From assembly GCF_006345805.1 (NCBI RefSeq), contig NC_043008.1, forward strand, positions 35,216,001-35,280,000: a stretch of 64,000 nucleotides of DNA, in the 5' to 3' direction. Shown here in pieces: positions 26,626-42,226 of the stretch. Position 1 is the stretch's first letter; the number at the start of each line of letters is the position of its first letter. The DNA comes from Octopus sinensis. Lineage: Eukaryota. A program made the translations under genes and the position numbers. The notes under the pieces are model-generated. The model saw nothing but the letters and a program-made list of their open reading frames with translations, ran no database searches and was not told where the DNA came from.

Positions 26626-26880
26626 GAATCAAAACAGTTTGATTCAAATTCGTTGGTACTCCGAGTTTCATGCGTGATGCTAGTCTTCAGCCATTTTGAA
26701 TTTGGTTTATACATATTACTCCCAATAAATGTGTTGAGTGCTCTTCTTTCGTTTGTCCACTCATTCGTTTATATATATATATCTTCTTTTAGTATGTATT
26801 GGTTTGTTAACGTTCCCCTTACTCAGAGGGTTAGCAAAAAGTCATCGCCAGAATAAGTACTGAACTTTAAAAGAATCAAA

Positions 26881-27739
26881 ACAAACCCGATTTGTCCGGT
26901 CTGCCTCTCGTTCTGCTGCCTAACATTTCTGTCTTCATCATCCTCATTACCATCCACTCCTCATCCATCCTATCCATGTGGCCAAACCGCATCAATATTC
27001 GTCTATCCAGTTTTGTTGTTAGTTTTTCTCTCTCCTCATTTCTCATCCTGTCCATTCATGTTACATCAACCATAGCCTTCAATCATTTCATCTCAAATAC
27101 ACCTAGTCGCCTCCTTTGCGTCTCTCTCAGCTCCTACGTCTATGCACTATATAACATTGTCGGCACAATCAAGCCCTCATACACACTTTTTCGCTTTCAT
27201 ACTCAATGTTTTATCTCTCAGTATATCTTTCAAAAGTCCAAGTGCCTTACTTCCCTCCCTCACTCTATACCCCAATTCCTCAGCCATCCACCCATCTACC
27301 GTCACATGTGATCGCAGCTACTTAAAAACACTCAAGCCCTCTTTCACCATTTATACTCACATCCAGCCTACTAGCCATTCCATCTCTCGAACATCTCACC
27401 ACCTTACTCTTAGCTACATTCACTTTGAGTTTCCTAATCTCACACACTCTTCCAAACTCTGCCACCAATCTCATCAGTTGCTCTTCCGAGTCAACCACCA
27501 GTGCTGTATCATCAGCAAACAACAACTGACTCACCTGCCATTTCTCCCCATTTTCTCCTACCCATTTGGGTTCCCGTACCAAGATTTCTAGCATTCACCT
27601 CTCTCGCCACACCATCCATATATAAATTAAACAGCCACGGAGACATCACACAACCCTGTCTTAATGCCACCTTTACATGAAACCACTGACTTACTTTACC
27701 ACTCGCCCTAACGCACGCCCTATTTTCTCTATAAAAACT
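26881..27739 (-). mobile_element. RTE-clade LINE fragment (RT C-terminal half)
   Basis: ACVRASGKVSQWFHVKVALRQGCVMSPWL, SQLLFADDTALVVDSEEQL..LKVNVAKSKV, FKYLRSHVT, FEMKCL. Confidence 0.9.
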
Positions 27740-28911
<1,172 letters not shown>

Positions 28912-28989
28912 TGTGTGTATGAGTGTGTGCGTGTGCGCGTGTGTGCGTGTGTGTGTACATATAGGTATGTGTGTGTGTCTTTGTCACTG

Positions 28990-29175
28990 TGCTTGTCCCT
29001 CACCACCGTTTAACTACCGGTATTGGTGTATTTACGTTTTTGTAACTTAGCGATAGAATAAGTACCAGGCTTAACAAATAATTATTGTAGTCGATTCGCC
29101 CGACTAAACTTCTTCAACGTATTGCCCCGACAGGGCCGCAGTCGACTGAAACAAATAAAGAATAAAAGATAAAAC
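28990..29175 (+). mobile_element. SINE family A, 3' half after (TG)n
   Basis: gatagaataagtaccaggctt..gtcgattcgcccgactaa..ggccgcagtc..gactgaaacaaataaag matches 61290-61467. Confidence 0.8.
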
Positions 29176-30030
29176 AGATAATCCTTTAATGATGTTTAAC
29201 TTAAAATGTTTATTTTATATCATCCTAATTTATATTCTGTAACCTCAGTAGATACATTATACAATATTTTTAAGGATAAATGTTTTAATGATAATTTTGT
29301 CCACAATATTATCGTAATATTCCAGTGAAGTATATTAGTCAAATCATCCACTTGCATAAACAAAGTGGTAAATGATAAATTTCACTGAGTTTTTACTATT
29401 CCGATACGGATTTTCATGACTTTTTAAAATTTCACAACAGTTTTATATCAATAAATATTTAAATGGAAAATATTTACCCTACGAACAGCAGAACTGACTG
29501 TCTTAAAAAAAGATTTTGTAATAAGATTTATTCACCGCAAAAATAGGTAGTTACAAATGGTAACAGAAACCACAATCAATAGTTCGCAATAGGCTTACAG
29601 CAGAATTGAATGTTTTACTGACTGATGGTTTCAGTAAATCTATCGATATTTTTTTTATTACCTATCGCATTCTTATTCCAATCTGTCTACTTTTATATCT
29701 TTTCTTTTCATCACACTGTGCTTATTGTATTTGGGAGTGAAGTATTAATGGCTTCTTTTTTTTTTTTTGGTAGATAGGGGAACATACTTGAAAGAAATGA
29801 ACTTTGACCAAAAATAAAAAAAAACCCTTCGAATTTCCTTATTTTTTATTTGTGAACGCAATGAATAAATTGAATAAATTTACTGTTTTTCTTTCATTAT
29901 GCTTTTCCAAATAAAATACTATAAAATCATTTTAATCTCAGGATAACTTGTAATGAACTGGCGGGCTAACGCAGAGGGAATCACAGCAATTATTATTATT
30001 ATTATTATTATTATATTATTATTATTATTA

Positions 30031-30061
<31 letters not shown>

Positions 30062-30089
30062 ATTTTATTATTATTATTATTATTATTTA

Positions 30090-30251
30090 CATTTATTCTG
30101 CATGTTTCTTACAATCACATTCCGAGACACACCCAGCGTCCTAGGGCGAGTGAAGGATAACAGATGTTACAGTATGACTGAAAGCTTAGAGAGGGGGTGG
30201 CACGGGTAATAGTGAAATACCTTCATGTGATACAACACAGACATTTAAACT

Positions 30252-30255
<4 letters not shown>
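30090..30255 (-). mobile_element. R4/Dong-clade 3' UTR (same subfamily as 7201-7812) between (ATT)n tracts
   Basis: The reverse complement reads tttaaatgtctgtgtt..agctttcagt..ttatccttcactcgccc..ggtgtgtct..gtgattgt.a.aaacatgcaga. Confidence 0.85.
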
Positions 30256-30295
<40 letters not shown>

Positions 30296-30524
30296 GCTAG
30301 TGCTGTTGTTGTTGTTGTCGTCGTATTTATTACTAATTAAAAATATACTTTCTAAAAAACCTGAAATTTCGGTCGAAGGAGCCAGTCTATTACTTAGACT
30401 GCAGTGGTCACCTATTAGTTATTTCATCGACCACGATGTAGTCGATAAAATAAGTAGCAGTTGGGCACTAGAGTCAATGTAATCGACAAGCTTCCTCCTC
30501 GCCCTTTAGGCTTTGAGTAGAAAG

Positions 30525-30580
<56 letters not shown>

Positions 30581-30582
30581 TA

Positions 30583-30619
<37 letters not shown>

Positions 30620-30620
<1 letters not shown>

Positions 30621-32615
30621 TATTTTTTATCACGTGCTTTTACTGCACTACCGAGCGCAGCTCTGTGCGTGCCTCGTGTATTTACTGTGATTTGTTGTGT
30701 TGTTCTTATTTTCACTGTATTGAAAGTGTTTTACGTAGGATGTATGCGGTGCCTAGCACTGCTATTTCTTTTTTTTGTCTGAATATTTTTTATCAAAGCT
30801 AATGCGCCTACTATGATAGGAATTGTTTCTGCTTTTAGACTCCATATTCGAGTTACCTCTATTTCCAGATCTTTGTATTTCGAAAGTTTCTATGTTTCTT
30901 TTAGAGAAATATTATCATCTATTGGTATTCATACATGAGTTAGAAAACATTTTTTCCCTTGATGATCTCTGACAACAATCTCCGGCCTATTGGCCTTAAT
31001 TTCTCTGTGTGTATTGGCATATCCCAGAGTACGGTTGCTTTGTCATTTTCTGTGACCTCTTCTGGGGTGTGCTTTTACCATCTTTTTTTCTGTGGTTATT
31101 CCATAGCGTTGACACAGCTGCCAGTGTATATAGATCCCAACTCTGTCGTGTCTGCGATTATATTCCTTCTTAGCCAGGACTGGGTAGCCAGAGCCAATAT
31201 GATTTATTGTTTCTTGTTCATCTCTACACATTCTGCAGTTACTTGTATTTCTTTTCATTACATGTTTTTGGCAATTTCTGGTGGGGAGGCTTTGGTCTTG
31301 TGCTGCAATTAAAAATTCTTCAGTCTCTGCTTTGAGTCCTGAGCTTCTCAGCCATTGTTGGGATTCTGCTTTGTATATTTGTTTCATTTAGTTTCTTTAG
31401 TTTAGTTTAACCCAGGACTTGCCATGAAGAGCGTTTTCTTGCCATCGTTTTATAATAATCCGCTGCTGTTCCAGTTTTAGCCTGGATTTCAGTTGTTTTA
31501 CAGCTTTTGTTGTTTCTTCTTTTTCATAATACTTGTTAGATACTATGACTTTTTTTTATATTTGTCGGCTTCCTTAAAACAGTTTTTTGTTTTGTTCGTG
31601 TTTTTTGTGGATATTTGTTTTAATTTTCCTTCCTTCTGAAGCAGATATTTCTGTAGTCCTATGATGGTTATTTTGAAATAGTTTTCTAGCTGCATAAGGC
31701 CTCTACCACCTTCCATACGTTGTATATATAACCTTTCGATGTCAGGTTTTGGGTGGTGCAGCCTAAATCTTGTTATTATTTTTCTTGATTTCCTCTCTAT
31801 TTCGATTAATTCATTTAGAGTCCAGTTAAGAATATTGTAGCTGTAACTTATAACTGGGACGGTTAGAGTGTTGATACTTATCTCATTTTTCGCATTGAGC
31901 TCTGTTTTCAGTATCAATTTAACTCATCTATAGTATTCGTTTCTTATCTTCTTTTTTATTTGTGTGTGTTGTATCGTATCTAGTTCATTGATTCCTAAGT
32001 ATTTGTATGTCTAATTCTCTTATTTGTTTTGCTTTATGTAGTGTGATGTTGCTACTCTTAATTAGTTTTCCTCTTTTCAAGGTTGGTTTGGCACATTTTT
32101 CAAAACCACATTTCATGCTTATTTCTTTGGTAAATCCATGTACTATCTGTAGTAATGTTTCTAGCTGTTTATCATTTGTAGTCTACAGTCTTAGATCATC
32201 CATATGTAAGAGGTGGTTGATTATTTTGCTGTAACAGTTGTATCCACATCCAGTTCTGCGTAGCATGTCAGATAAAGCTGTCAGTACCAAGCAGAAAAAG
32301 AATGGAGAAAGTGTTTCTCCCTGGAATATTCCTCTTCTAATGTGGATGGCTTTGGTTTTTATGAGTCCCTCTTTTGTCTAGTGCTGCTGCACTGTCTGCC
32401 ATTTATTTATGGAATGTTTTACTTATTTTATGATTATTGGTGCTACCTTGTTCGTGGCTAGTGTTTCTAGGAGTCATGTGTGGGAAATACTATCAAAAGC
32501 CATTCAGTAATCGATCCAGGCCATACTTACACCCTTCTTCTTTCTGCGGCTGTCTTAATTTATGACTTTATTGATCAGTTGCTGATCTTTACAGCCGTAT
32601 GAGGCCTTGCATTCT
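30620..32615 (-). mobile_element. R4/Dong-clade LINE, 5'-truncated pseudogene (RT, CCHC, restriction-like endonuclease, 3' UTR)
   Basis: GCKDQQLINK, MAWIDY*MAFDSISHT, GIFQGETLSP, HLLHMDDLR (about 32200), LHHPKPDIERLYIQRMEGGRGL, CRMCRDEQETINHIGSG..RRHDRVG, ANRPEIVV, KLSKYKDL, AVLGTAYILRKTLSIQ*. Confidence 0.92.
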
Positions 32616-32648
32616 GATAATAATAATAATAATGATAATAATAATAAT

Positions 32649-32683
<35 letters not shown>

Positions 32684-32858
32684 TAGTAACAACAACAACA
32701 ACAACAACAACAACAATAATAATAATAAAAATAATGATAATAATAATAATAATAATGATGATAATAATAATAATAATGATAATAATAATAATTATTATTA
32801 TTGCTATTATTTTAATTTTATTATTATTATTATTGTTATTATCATTATTATTATCATT

Positions 32859-32908
<50 letters not shown>

Positions 32909-33055
32909 TATTATCATCATCATCATCATTAATATTATTATCATCATTATTATTATCATTATTGTTGTTATCCTCCTCCTCCTCCTCCTCCTCCTCATCA
33001 TCATCATCATCATCATCAACATCATCATCATCATCGTTATTATCATTATCTTAAT
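32616..33055. repeat. Compound (AAT)n, (ATT)n and (ATC)n microsatellite
   Basis: Seen directly. Polarity switches from AAT to ATT near 32790. Confidence 0.95.
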
Positions 33056-33479
33056 AACTGTAAAGTAGAGCCTGTAGTTTTATTAAACTAAATTGGTTTC
33101 AGTCGTCATTTTTTCCCCTTTAGTATTCGCTAGTAACAAACATCAAAAATATAGGTCGTGAGAAACCGAGCAATGTCTTATATTTATAGGTATATTTTTT
33201 CCTGGATAAAACTATAATTAATCATATTATTTCTGACATTTTGGCTTCCTTGAGTAATTTAGATTTGTTTCCTTAAATGCTAGATGGAGGGGGATTTTAG
33301 CGATAAGACTCTCTAATCTACTGGTTTGAGAAAATAATTTCAATCCTGTTTACTGTAGAGCAAAGAAAGAAAGCCTGCTGCTCTGTTGCAAATAAAAATG
33401 ATGATTAATGTGCTTTATAAGAAACACACATGCACGATAGCACTCATATACAAACTGCCTAAGTACACACAGATGCGCA

Positions 33480-33482
33480 CGG

Positions 33483-33533
<51 letters not shown>

Positions 33534-33574
33534 CGGTTATATATATTATATATATATATGTATATATATACGGT

Positions 33575-33608
<34 letters not shown>

Positions 33609-33614
33609 CGGTTA

Positions 33615-33657
<43 letters not shown>

Positions 33658-33740
33658 CGGTTATATTATATATATATATATATATGTATATATATACGGT
33701 TATATATATATATATATTATGTATATATATACGGTTATAT

Positions 33741-33774
<34 letters not shown>

Positions 33775-33775
33775 C

Positions 33776-33810
<35 letters not shown>
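33480..33810. repeat. (TA)n minisatellite with 8 cggt anchors
   Basis: cggt at 33480, 33534, 33571, 33609, 33658, 33697, 33732 and 33775. Confidence 0.9.
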
Positions 33811-33812
<2 letters not shown>

Positions 33813-34059
33813 GAAAGAGAAAGAGAACGCAGATCGCAAGTAGGCATGTTACATTGTATATAGATATCGTAGGCTTTACTAATATATTTTTTATACTTTC
33901 AGTCCAAGGATTGTTGCCATGCTGGAGCAGACACACACATATTTGTGTATGTGTGTACATATATATTTTTTTGTTTTCATGATCTACTTTGAGAAAATAA
34001 AAACTTAGGCAATACACTTCTTTCTCAGTCCTTGAGGTCCAACTCAAACGAAATTTACA

Positions 34060-35505
34060 GAAAGCCGAAAGGGAAAGTGCACACTGCTCTAAGGAAGATT
34101 AAACAAGAATGGTAGAATGACAGGAAAAAAGGGGCGCAAGAAGCAGATGATAGAAATGATGCCAAGGGTTTGTATTCTTATCTTAAGGAGGTATATGGCC
34201 CCAAATCATCAATAGCTCCACTGAGAACAGCAAATAGATATTTGCTTTTGATTGACACCGCTTTTGTTCATAAGCGCTGGGTAGAACATTTTTCTGCACT
34301 TTTGAATAAACCAGAATAACCCATCATCTGTTGATATGAGCATGATAGAAAAATATCGAAGAACTTAGAGTTATAGAGGAGATGGCATTTGAACCAACTC
34401 TAAATGATATTTATTTAGCAGTGAATAAACTGAATAATAATAAGTCTCCAGAGTCTGATGGAATCTGTGCAGGGGCCTTAAAATATGGGGTGACAAAATG
34501 TTTAAAATGTTAAATATATTAATTTGTCACTGTCAGAGAACCGAGAAACTGCCTCAAAACTGGATTGATGCCATTTTAGTTTGCTTGTATAAATCGGGGC
34601 CAAATTTTCGTGGGATTTCGCTTTTGTCTGCAGTTGGAAAGGTACTTGCCCGCAAGTACGTTTAAATAACTCCATAATTTCAAATATAGTGTCTGACTCT
34701 CAATGTGATTTTCGCTCCTCCAGGGGCACAGCTGACTCTCTTTACTATCAGACAATTGCAGGAAAAGTGCATTGAACAGAAATTTGCCTTATACCAGTGC
34801 TTTGCTGATTTAAGCAAATTATTTGATATTGTTAATCGAAATGCTCTGTGGCTAATTGTAAGGAAAATAGATTACCCAGAAAAAATTGTAAACATGATCG
34901 GGGGTTTGAATCAAGATATGAAAGCTAGAGTCAATTTTAGTGCTAGGCTTTCTGAATCTTTTGTCGTGGAAAATGGGGTAAAGCAAGAAAACCCACCTTC
35001 TATGCAATATACTTTGCTGCTGTGCTGTCACACGCTTTTCAAAACTGCAAGGAGGGTATTTACATAAAATATCAAACAACAGGGAATGTTTTCAATCTGA
35101 CCAGACTGAAATTCAAAACGAAGATTTTTACTTCACACATTAGGGAACTCTTATACGCTGACGACTGCGATCTAGTCAGTCAGTCTGAAACAGGGCTGTA
35201 CTCTCTTGTATCTGCATTTGACTCAGCTTGTGATGATTTTGGTTTGACCATCAACTTGAAAAAAAAAATAAATAAAATAACAGCTGTAATGTATCAACCT
35301 TTGCTGTTTACAACCTCACAAAAATTTTCGTTAAAGGTAAGTTATTCGAAGTTGTTAACTTTTTCATCTCTTTTGGAAGCTCTGTACAAAATGATAGAAA
35401 TCTGGACGGGGAAATACATCTGCGAATACAAAAGGCAGCCCAAGCATTTGGTGGTTTGGAGTCACGGGTTTGGCATCAACGACATATAAATAACAGCACA
35501 AAATT
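34060..35505 (+). mobile_element. RTE-BovB-like LINE pseudogene fragment (linker and RT)
   Basis: LKEVYGPK, RWVEHFSALLNK, NKSPESDGI, FRGISLLSAVGK, FTIRQLQEKCIEQ..FADLSKLFDIVNR, GNVFNLTRLKFKTK..IRELLYADDCDL..FGLTINLKK. Confidence 0.92.
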
Positions 35506-35538
35506 GGCTCTTTGTATGTATGTATGTATGTATGTGTA

Positions 35539-35569
<31 letters not shown>

Positions 35570-35619
35570 CCCTCTCTCTCTGTATATATATATATATATA
35601 CAGAAATACCTCGCAGTAC

Positions 35620-36240
35620 AAGTTTAATTCCTCCCATGACCGAGCTCGTTTTACCAGTTCTTGGCTTTACAAATCAATTTTCTTGGAACGGGTTAATTAA
35701 CTAAAATATAATTAATCCGTTCCAGCCCACCAAAACCACTCCAAAATAAATTTTTTATGGGCTTTAAAACAGAAAAGGCGTAGTTAGAAGTAAAATGGCA
35801 ATTACAAAAAAAGAGAATGCAAAAGAAATATGTAAACTGGTTTTATTAACTGAATTAACTTAAAGATGGGACGATTTGTGCGCGAGGAAGATGATAGAGC
35901 AGGGAGGAGGATTACTGTTTGGAAAGAGAATCTCCTTCCATTAAGACTCCATGAAGAACAATTTCTGTCGTTTACTCTCTCACTTCGCTTACTTTAGGCT
36001 TTTTGGACACCCTTCCTTCACTTTTCACACTTACAAGTCGTTTCATTAGAAACTTATCATGAGAAGTCTACTTTTTCCTTCATTCCAAAATGTTATGAAA
36101 ATGTGCCAGAGCAGAGTCATTAAATAAAGCAGCTGCACGACTTGTAGCTACTTTTTCAGGGTGATATTTTTCTACAAATTCAGAAACATACTGCCACTTT
36201 GCCAACACAGCCTTTAAGACTATCTTATACTGTAGATGTC
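35620..36240 (-). mobile_element. Tigger/pogo-like DNA transposon end with transposase C-terminus
   Basis: TA|cagaaatacctcgcagtacaagtttaattc..gaccgagctcg resembles a Tigger-type terminal repeat. The minus strand reads VLAKWQYVSEFVEKYHPEKVATSRAAALFNDSALAHFHNIL..TSHDKFL. Confidence 0.7.
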
Positions 36241-36445
36241 TGTAGCAATACAGACGGACGTTTGTACATTAATAATATCAACAACAAAACATTGAAATTG
36301 TAACTAAGTAATAGTTAATTAGCCTTGATATTTCGAGTAAAATACATTTTTTCCAAGGTTCTAAAGGAATAAAAGAGATAGGGAAATGAACATATATTTA
36401 TATATATATATATATACCACACACACACACACCGTGTCTGTTTCC

Positions 36446-36544
<99 letters not shown>

Positions 36545-38076
36545 ATATATATATTAATATATATCTATATATACACACACAAATAGACTGAGAGACAGAA
36601 AGAGAAAGATTAGAGAAAAAGAGTAACAGATATATATGTATGTATATGTGTGTGTGTGTATGTGTGTGTGTCGGTGTGTGTGTCGTTTCTCTGTTCAATC
36701 CTACTGTATATATATTGTTTTTATACATCACTTACATTGAATGGACATCAGTCGATTTATCTGTCGGGTGTTGTTGACTAGATCATGTGAGAACGCTTCC
36801 TTTTAAAAGACTGGCACTCGATCCAGGGGAAATATTTAGATATCTTACTTAAATTCTAAAACGGCGAATTTGCTGAATTGCTAGATCTTCAGATGGAATC
36901 CTTTGTCTTATTTCTTCAACCTCTCTAAATTCTGAGTTCAAGTCACAGCAAAGTCAGCTCTGACTTTCATCCTATTGGACGGGTGAGGGGGGATGACAAA
37001 TACCAGTTCTGGTATTGGGTTGGTAGAATCATTAGAACGCTGGAGGATATGACTTCCGGTTTCTTTTCCTCCTGTTGTGCTCTGTGTTCAACTCCCCCGC
37101 TACTTACCACCACAACCACCATCACCAACACCACCACCACCTATTGGTATCCCGTCAATTGTAAGGTTGTTGCTTATTGGAAAGAGATGGTATCGAGTCT
37201 AATAGCAAATAGAGATTCTTTATGGAACTCCACTAAACTCTGATACTGAGGTGAGAGTTTACGATATGCAAAACTTCCCTTTAAACACGTTCTAATGCAC
37301 AGGATCTCAAACTGCCTCAGAGCTTAAGGGAAAAAAAACAAAACAATTTTTCTCCTATATCCATATTTAAAGATTGTCATTGAACCATTCTTGCTGTGAA
37401 ATTGCTGGTAAAAGAATTACCATATACAGTGGATTTTTGAAAATCCTTGGTGATAAAACAATGAACTAGTATATAAAACGACATTTCTGAATGATTGGAA
37501 TTGCCAGTATATGATGATCGCTTTGGGGCTCAGTTATTGTTCAAGAGCAATTAGATCACTAAAGTACCAGCTCCAGCATTTGATCCTCAGAAGAGAAGTT
37601 GGTGAAGAAGACCATCCCTTCAATACAGTTTATGTGCTTATTCTAAGCTACAATCATGAATGTTAGAATGACCGAAAGTGTATGATCACGAATACAAGCG
37701 GCAGAAATGGGATTCCTCTGAAGGATCTCTGGAATAATGTCACTGGACAGGATTTTGTAGCTTGGAAACCAGGGAGTCTCTCCAGGTTGAGCTGTTATTT
37801 CTCAGCATTAGATGGTCACAACTCCAGTACTGTAAGCATGCAGTTAGAATGTTGCAGGAAAGAACTGCAAGTCAGAATCTTCAATCAAAGTAAAATGGCA
37901 GGAGACCTAGGGGTTGGCGTCCGACTGCATCCTTTGGAGCAGGTGTCTGAGGACTCTAACCCACCGCCCCTCACAGGAAGCTGAAGATGAATGGATACGG
38001 GTGGAAGAACATTATTAAATGTGGAACATGAACGCAAAGATAGCTATAGTTATTACACGTAACACTGGACACCTTC

Positions 38077-38085
38077 ATATATGTA

Positions 38086-38152
<67 letters not shown>

Positions 38153-38581
38153 TATGTGTGTATATATATACTTTGATACTTGATAGGTTTCGGCCATATT
38201 GGCCCAGGCCATGTCTAACTTAATAGCACCACCTGGTGAAGTCTTTCATATATATGTATATATATGTGTGTGTTATATATATATGTATATATATGTGTGT
38301 GTGTATTATAATATGTATATATATGTGTGTGTGTATATATATATGTATATATATTGTGTGTGTGTATATATATATATGTATATATATGTGTGTGTGTATA
38401 TATATATGTAATATATATATATGTATATATATATATATAGTGATATATATATTATATATAATGTGTGTGTGTATATATATATGTATATATATATGTATAT
38501 ATTATATATATATGTATATATATATATGTATATAATATATATATATGTGTGTGTGTATTATATGTTATATATATATATATG

Positions 38582-38626
<45 letters not shown>

Positions 38627-38637
38627 ATATATATATG

Positions 38638-38699
<62 letters not shown>

Positions 38700-39065
38700 A
38701 TATATATATGTATATATATGTATATATATATATATGTGTGTGTGTATATATATATGTATATTATATATTTGTATATATATATGTATATATATGTGTGGTG
38801 TATATATATATGTATATTATGTGGTGTGTGGTATATATATATGTATATTATGTGTGTGTGTATATATATATGTATATATATGTGTGTGGTTATATATATA
38901 TGTATATATATATATGTATATATATATATAGATATATATGTATAATATATATAATATGTGTGTGTGTATATATATATGTATAGATATATATGTATATATA
39001 ATATATATGTATATATATATCTATGTATATATATATATAATATGTGTGTGTGTATATTATATGTG

Positions 39066-39099
<34 letters not shown>

Positions 39100-39276
39100 T
39101 GTGTGTGTATATATATATGTATATATATATATGTATATATACTATATATATGTATACTATATAATATAGTGTGTGTGTATATATATATGTATATATATAT
39201 ATATATGTTATATATATATATATAATATATATATATGGTGTGGTGTATATATATATGTATATATATATATTATATG

Positions 39277-39307
<31 letters not shown>

Positions 39308-39841
39308 GTGTGTGGGTATATATATATGTAATATATTATATATATGTATATATAAGATATATGTTGTGTGTGTGTATACTATATAGGTATATATATATAT
39401 ATGTAATATATATATATATGTGTGTGTGTATATATAATTGTATATATATCTAATAGAATGTATATATATATACATATGTAGATATATATATATATGTTAT
39501 ATATATATAGATGTATATATATATATATAGAGATATATATATGTATATAATAATATATGTATATGTATATATATATATATGTATATATATTATATATAGG
39601 TATATGATATATATAGTATATGTATATGTATATTACTATATATATGTATTATGTATATATATGTATCTATATATAATATATAGATTGTAATATATCTAAT
39701 GTATATATATATATAATATATATTATATGTATTATATAATATATAGTATATGTAATATATATATATATGTAGAGATATATATATATATATATATATATTA
39801 TATAGGTATAATATATATATCTAATGTATATATATTATATG

Positions 39842-39875
<34 letters not shown>

Positions 39876-40000
39876 TGTATATATATTATATATTATATTA
39901 TATATATATATATATATATATGATATATTATATTATATATTATATATATATATAATATATATATGTATATATATATTATGTATATATATATATATATATA

Positions 40001-40042
<42 letters not shown>

Positions 40043-40106
40043 TGTATATATATATAATGTAATATATATATATTATATATATGTATCTATATATTATATA
40101 TATATG

Positions 40107-40137
<31 letters not shown>

Positions 40138-40221
40138 GTTATATATAATGTATATATAATATATAGTATATATATATTATGTATATATATAATATGTATT
40201 ATATATATATGTATAATATAT

Positions 40222-40265
<44 letters not shown>

Positions 40266-40327
40266 TATATATATATGTATATATAATATGTATATATATA
40301 TATATATGTATAATATGTATATATTAT

Positions 40328-40360
<33 letters not shown>

Positions 40361-40367
40361 GTATATG

Positions 40368-40401
<34 letters not shown>

Positions 40402-40758
40402 GTATATATATATATATGTATATATATATATAATATATATATGTATCTATATATATATATATATTATATATATATATTATATAACTAATATATATATACT
40501 ATATATATATATGCTATATATATATATATGTAATATGTATATATATCTATATAATATATTATAATATATCTTGTATATATATATATATGTTCTAGATAAT
40601 ATAATATATATATATGTTATCTATATATATATATATAGTATATATATATATGTATATATATATATATAGGTATATATATGTATATATATATATATGTATT
40701 ATATATATATGTATCTATATATATATATGTATATATATATTATATGTATATTATATAT

Positions 40759-40804
<46 letters not shown>

Positions 40805-40862
40805 ATTATATGTATATATATATGTATAGCTTATATATATGTTATATATGTATATATATCTA

Positions 40863-40910
<48 letters not shown>

Positions 40911-40947
40911 TATATATATATGTATATATATATATGTATCTATATAT

Positions 40948-40982
<35 letters not shown>

Positions 40983-41099
40983 CTATATATATATATTATA
41001 TAGATATATATATGTATATAATATATATATATATAATATATATATATATATATGTATCTATATATATATATATATGTATCTTATATATATATATAACTA

Positions 41100-41140
<41 letters not shown>
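38077..41140. repeat. About 3-kb degenerate (TA)n/(TG)n satellite with an 80-bp unique island at 38171-38248
   Basis: Seen directly. All ORFs here are Y/I/C/V/M repeats. Confidence 0.97.
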
Positions 41141-41144
<4 letters not shown>

Positions 41145-41145
<1 letters not shown>

Positions 41146-42021
41146 GTTTAATGAAAGTAAAATGAAGTAAAGAACTATATTGTATTTTATATTTTAGAAA
41201 TGTACATATAATGCCATTTTGTTTTAACAGGTGCAATTTGTGACATTTTGTTTCATTTAACTTTCACTTGCCAACCAACGTGTATTGGATGAGCTAGCAT
41301 CACGTTTTCATTGTGGAAACGTTTATCAAGAACAACGAATCCGTAACTGCAAACCGAAGACCGTTCCGTGGGCATTGAAAGCTAGGTTGACATGATCCCG
41401 TACCTACACGAAATTTTGCGGCGGCAGAATTCGGCATTTGGGGTCCGTACTTCTTGGAAGAAGTCAATGTTACAGTGACTGTGAACTCTGATCGATACTA
41501 TGTGATGCTAGAGAGTTTTCTGAAACCCAAATTGAATGAACTTGACGATAAGTACAATATTTGATTTTAAGAGGATGGAGCAAGAACCCACACTTCTCGA
41601 CGTGCGAAGTGGATTTTGAGAGAGATGTTCCCCAATCATTTTATCTCAATACACGGTGACATCGGTTAGGCCGCCCTATCACCTGGTTTCAACCCGTGCG
41701 ATGTTTCATGTGGGGATACATGAAATCAGATGTATACACCCATTACCCTCCATCTATTGAACAATTAAAAGATGCCATTCGTCAAGAAATTGCTGCCATT
41801 CTACATGAAATGACTCGTTGAGTTATGGACAGCTTTCGTGAACGCTTTCGGCAGTGTGTGTACAGTAACAGCACCCACATGACTGATTTAATTTCTGAAA
41901 CCGAATGAAAAAAAATGGCATTATATGTAGATTTCGAAAATAAAAACACATTTCTCGTTCTTTACTCTATTTCGCTTTTATTAAACCCACAAATATGTCA
42001 AATCCTTTTCCCGCACCCTGT
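41145..42021 (+). mobile_element. Tc1/mariner-superfamily element, internally deleted, with long terminal inverted repeats
   Basis: HVFIVETFIKNNESVT (N-terminal helix-turn-helix type) joined to GPYFLEE..VTVNSDRY..F*EDGARTHT..SPGFNPCD..WGYMKSDVY..IEQLKDAIRQEI. 41145-41222 is the reverse complement of 41911-41988. Right end caccctgt. Confidence 0.88.
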
Positions 42022-42024
42022 TGC

Positions 42025-42124
<100 letters not shown>

Positions 42125-42165
42125 CAGAGAGACAGATAGATAGATAGATAGATAGACAGAGAGAC

Positions 42166-42225
<60 letters not shown>

Positions 42226-42226
<1 letters not shown>

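Noticed and set aside
37682-38070. 100-aa ORF and a KNIIKCGT*N motif
   Set aside because: It may be the 5' end of an RTE-like LINE, but the match is too short to call and the ORF has no recognisable domain.
38199-41170. Many long overlapping ORFs up to 305 aa
   Set aside because: They are translations of (TA)n/(TG)n, which lack stops by composition.
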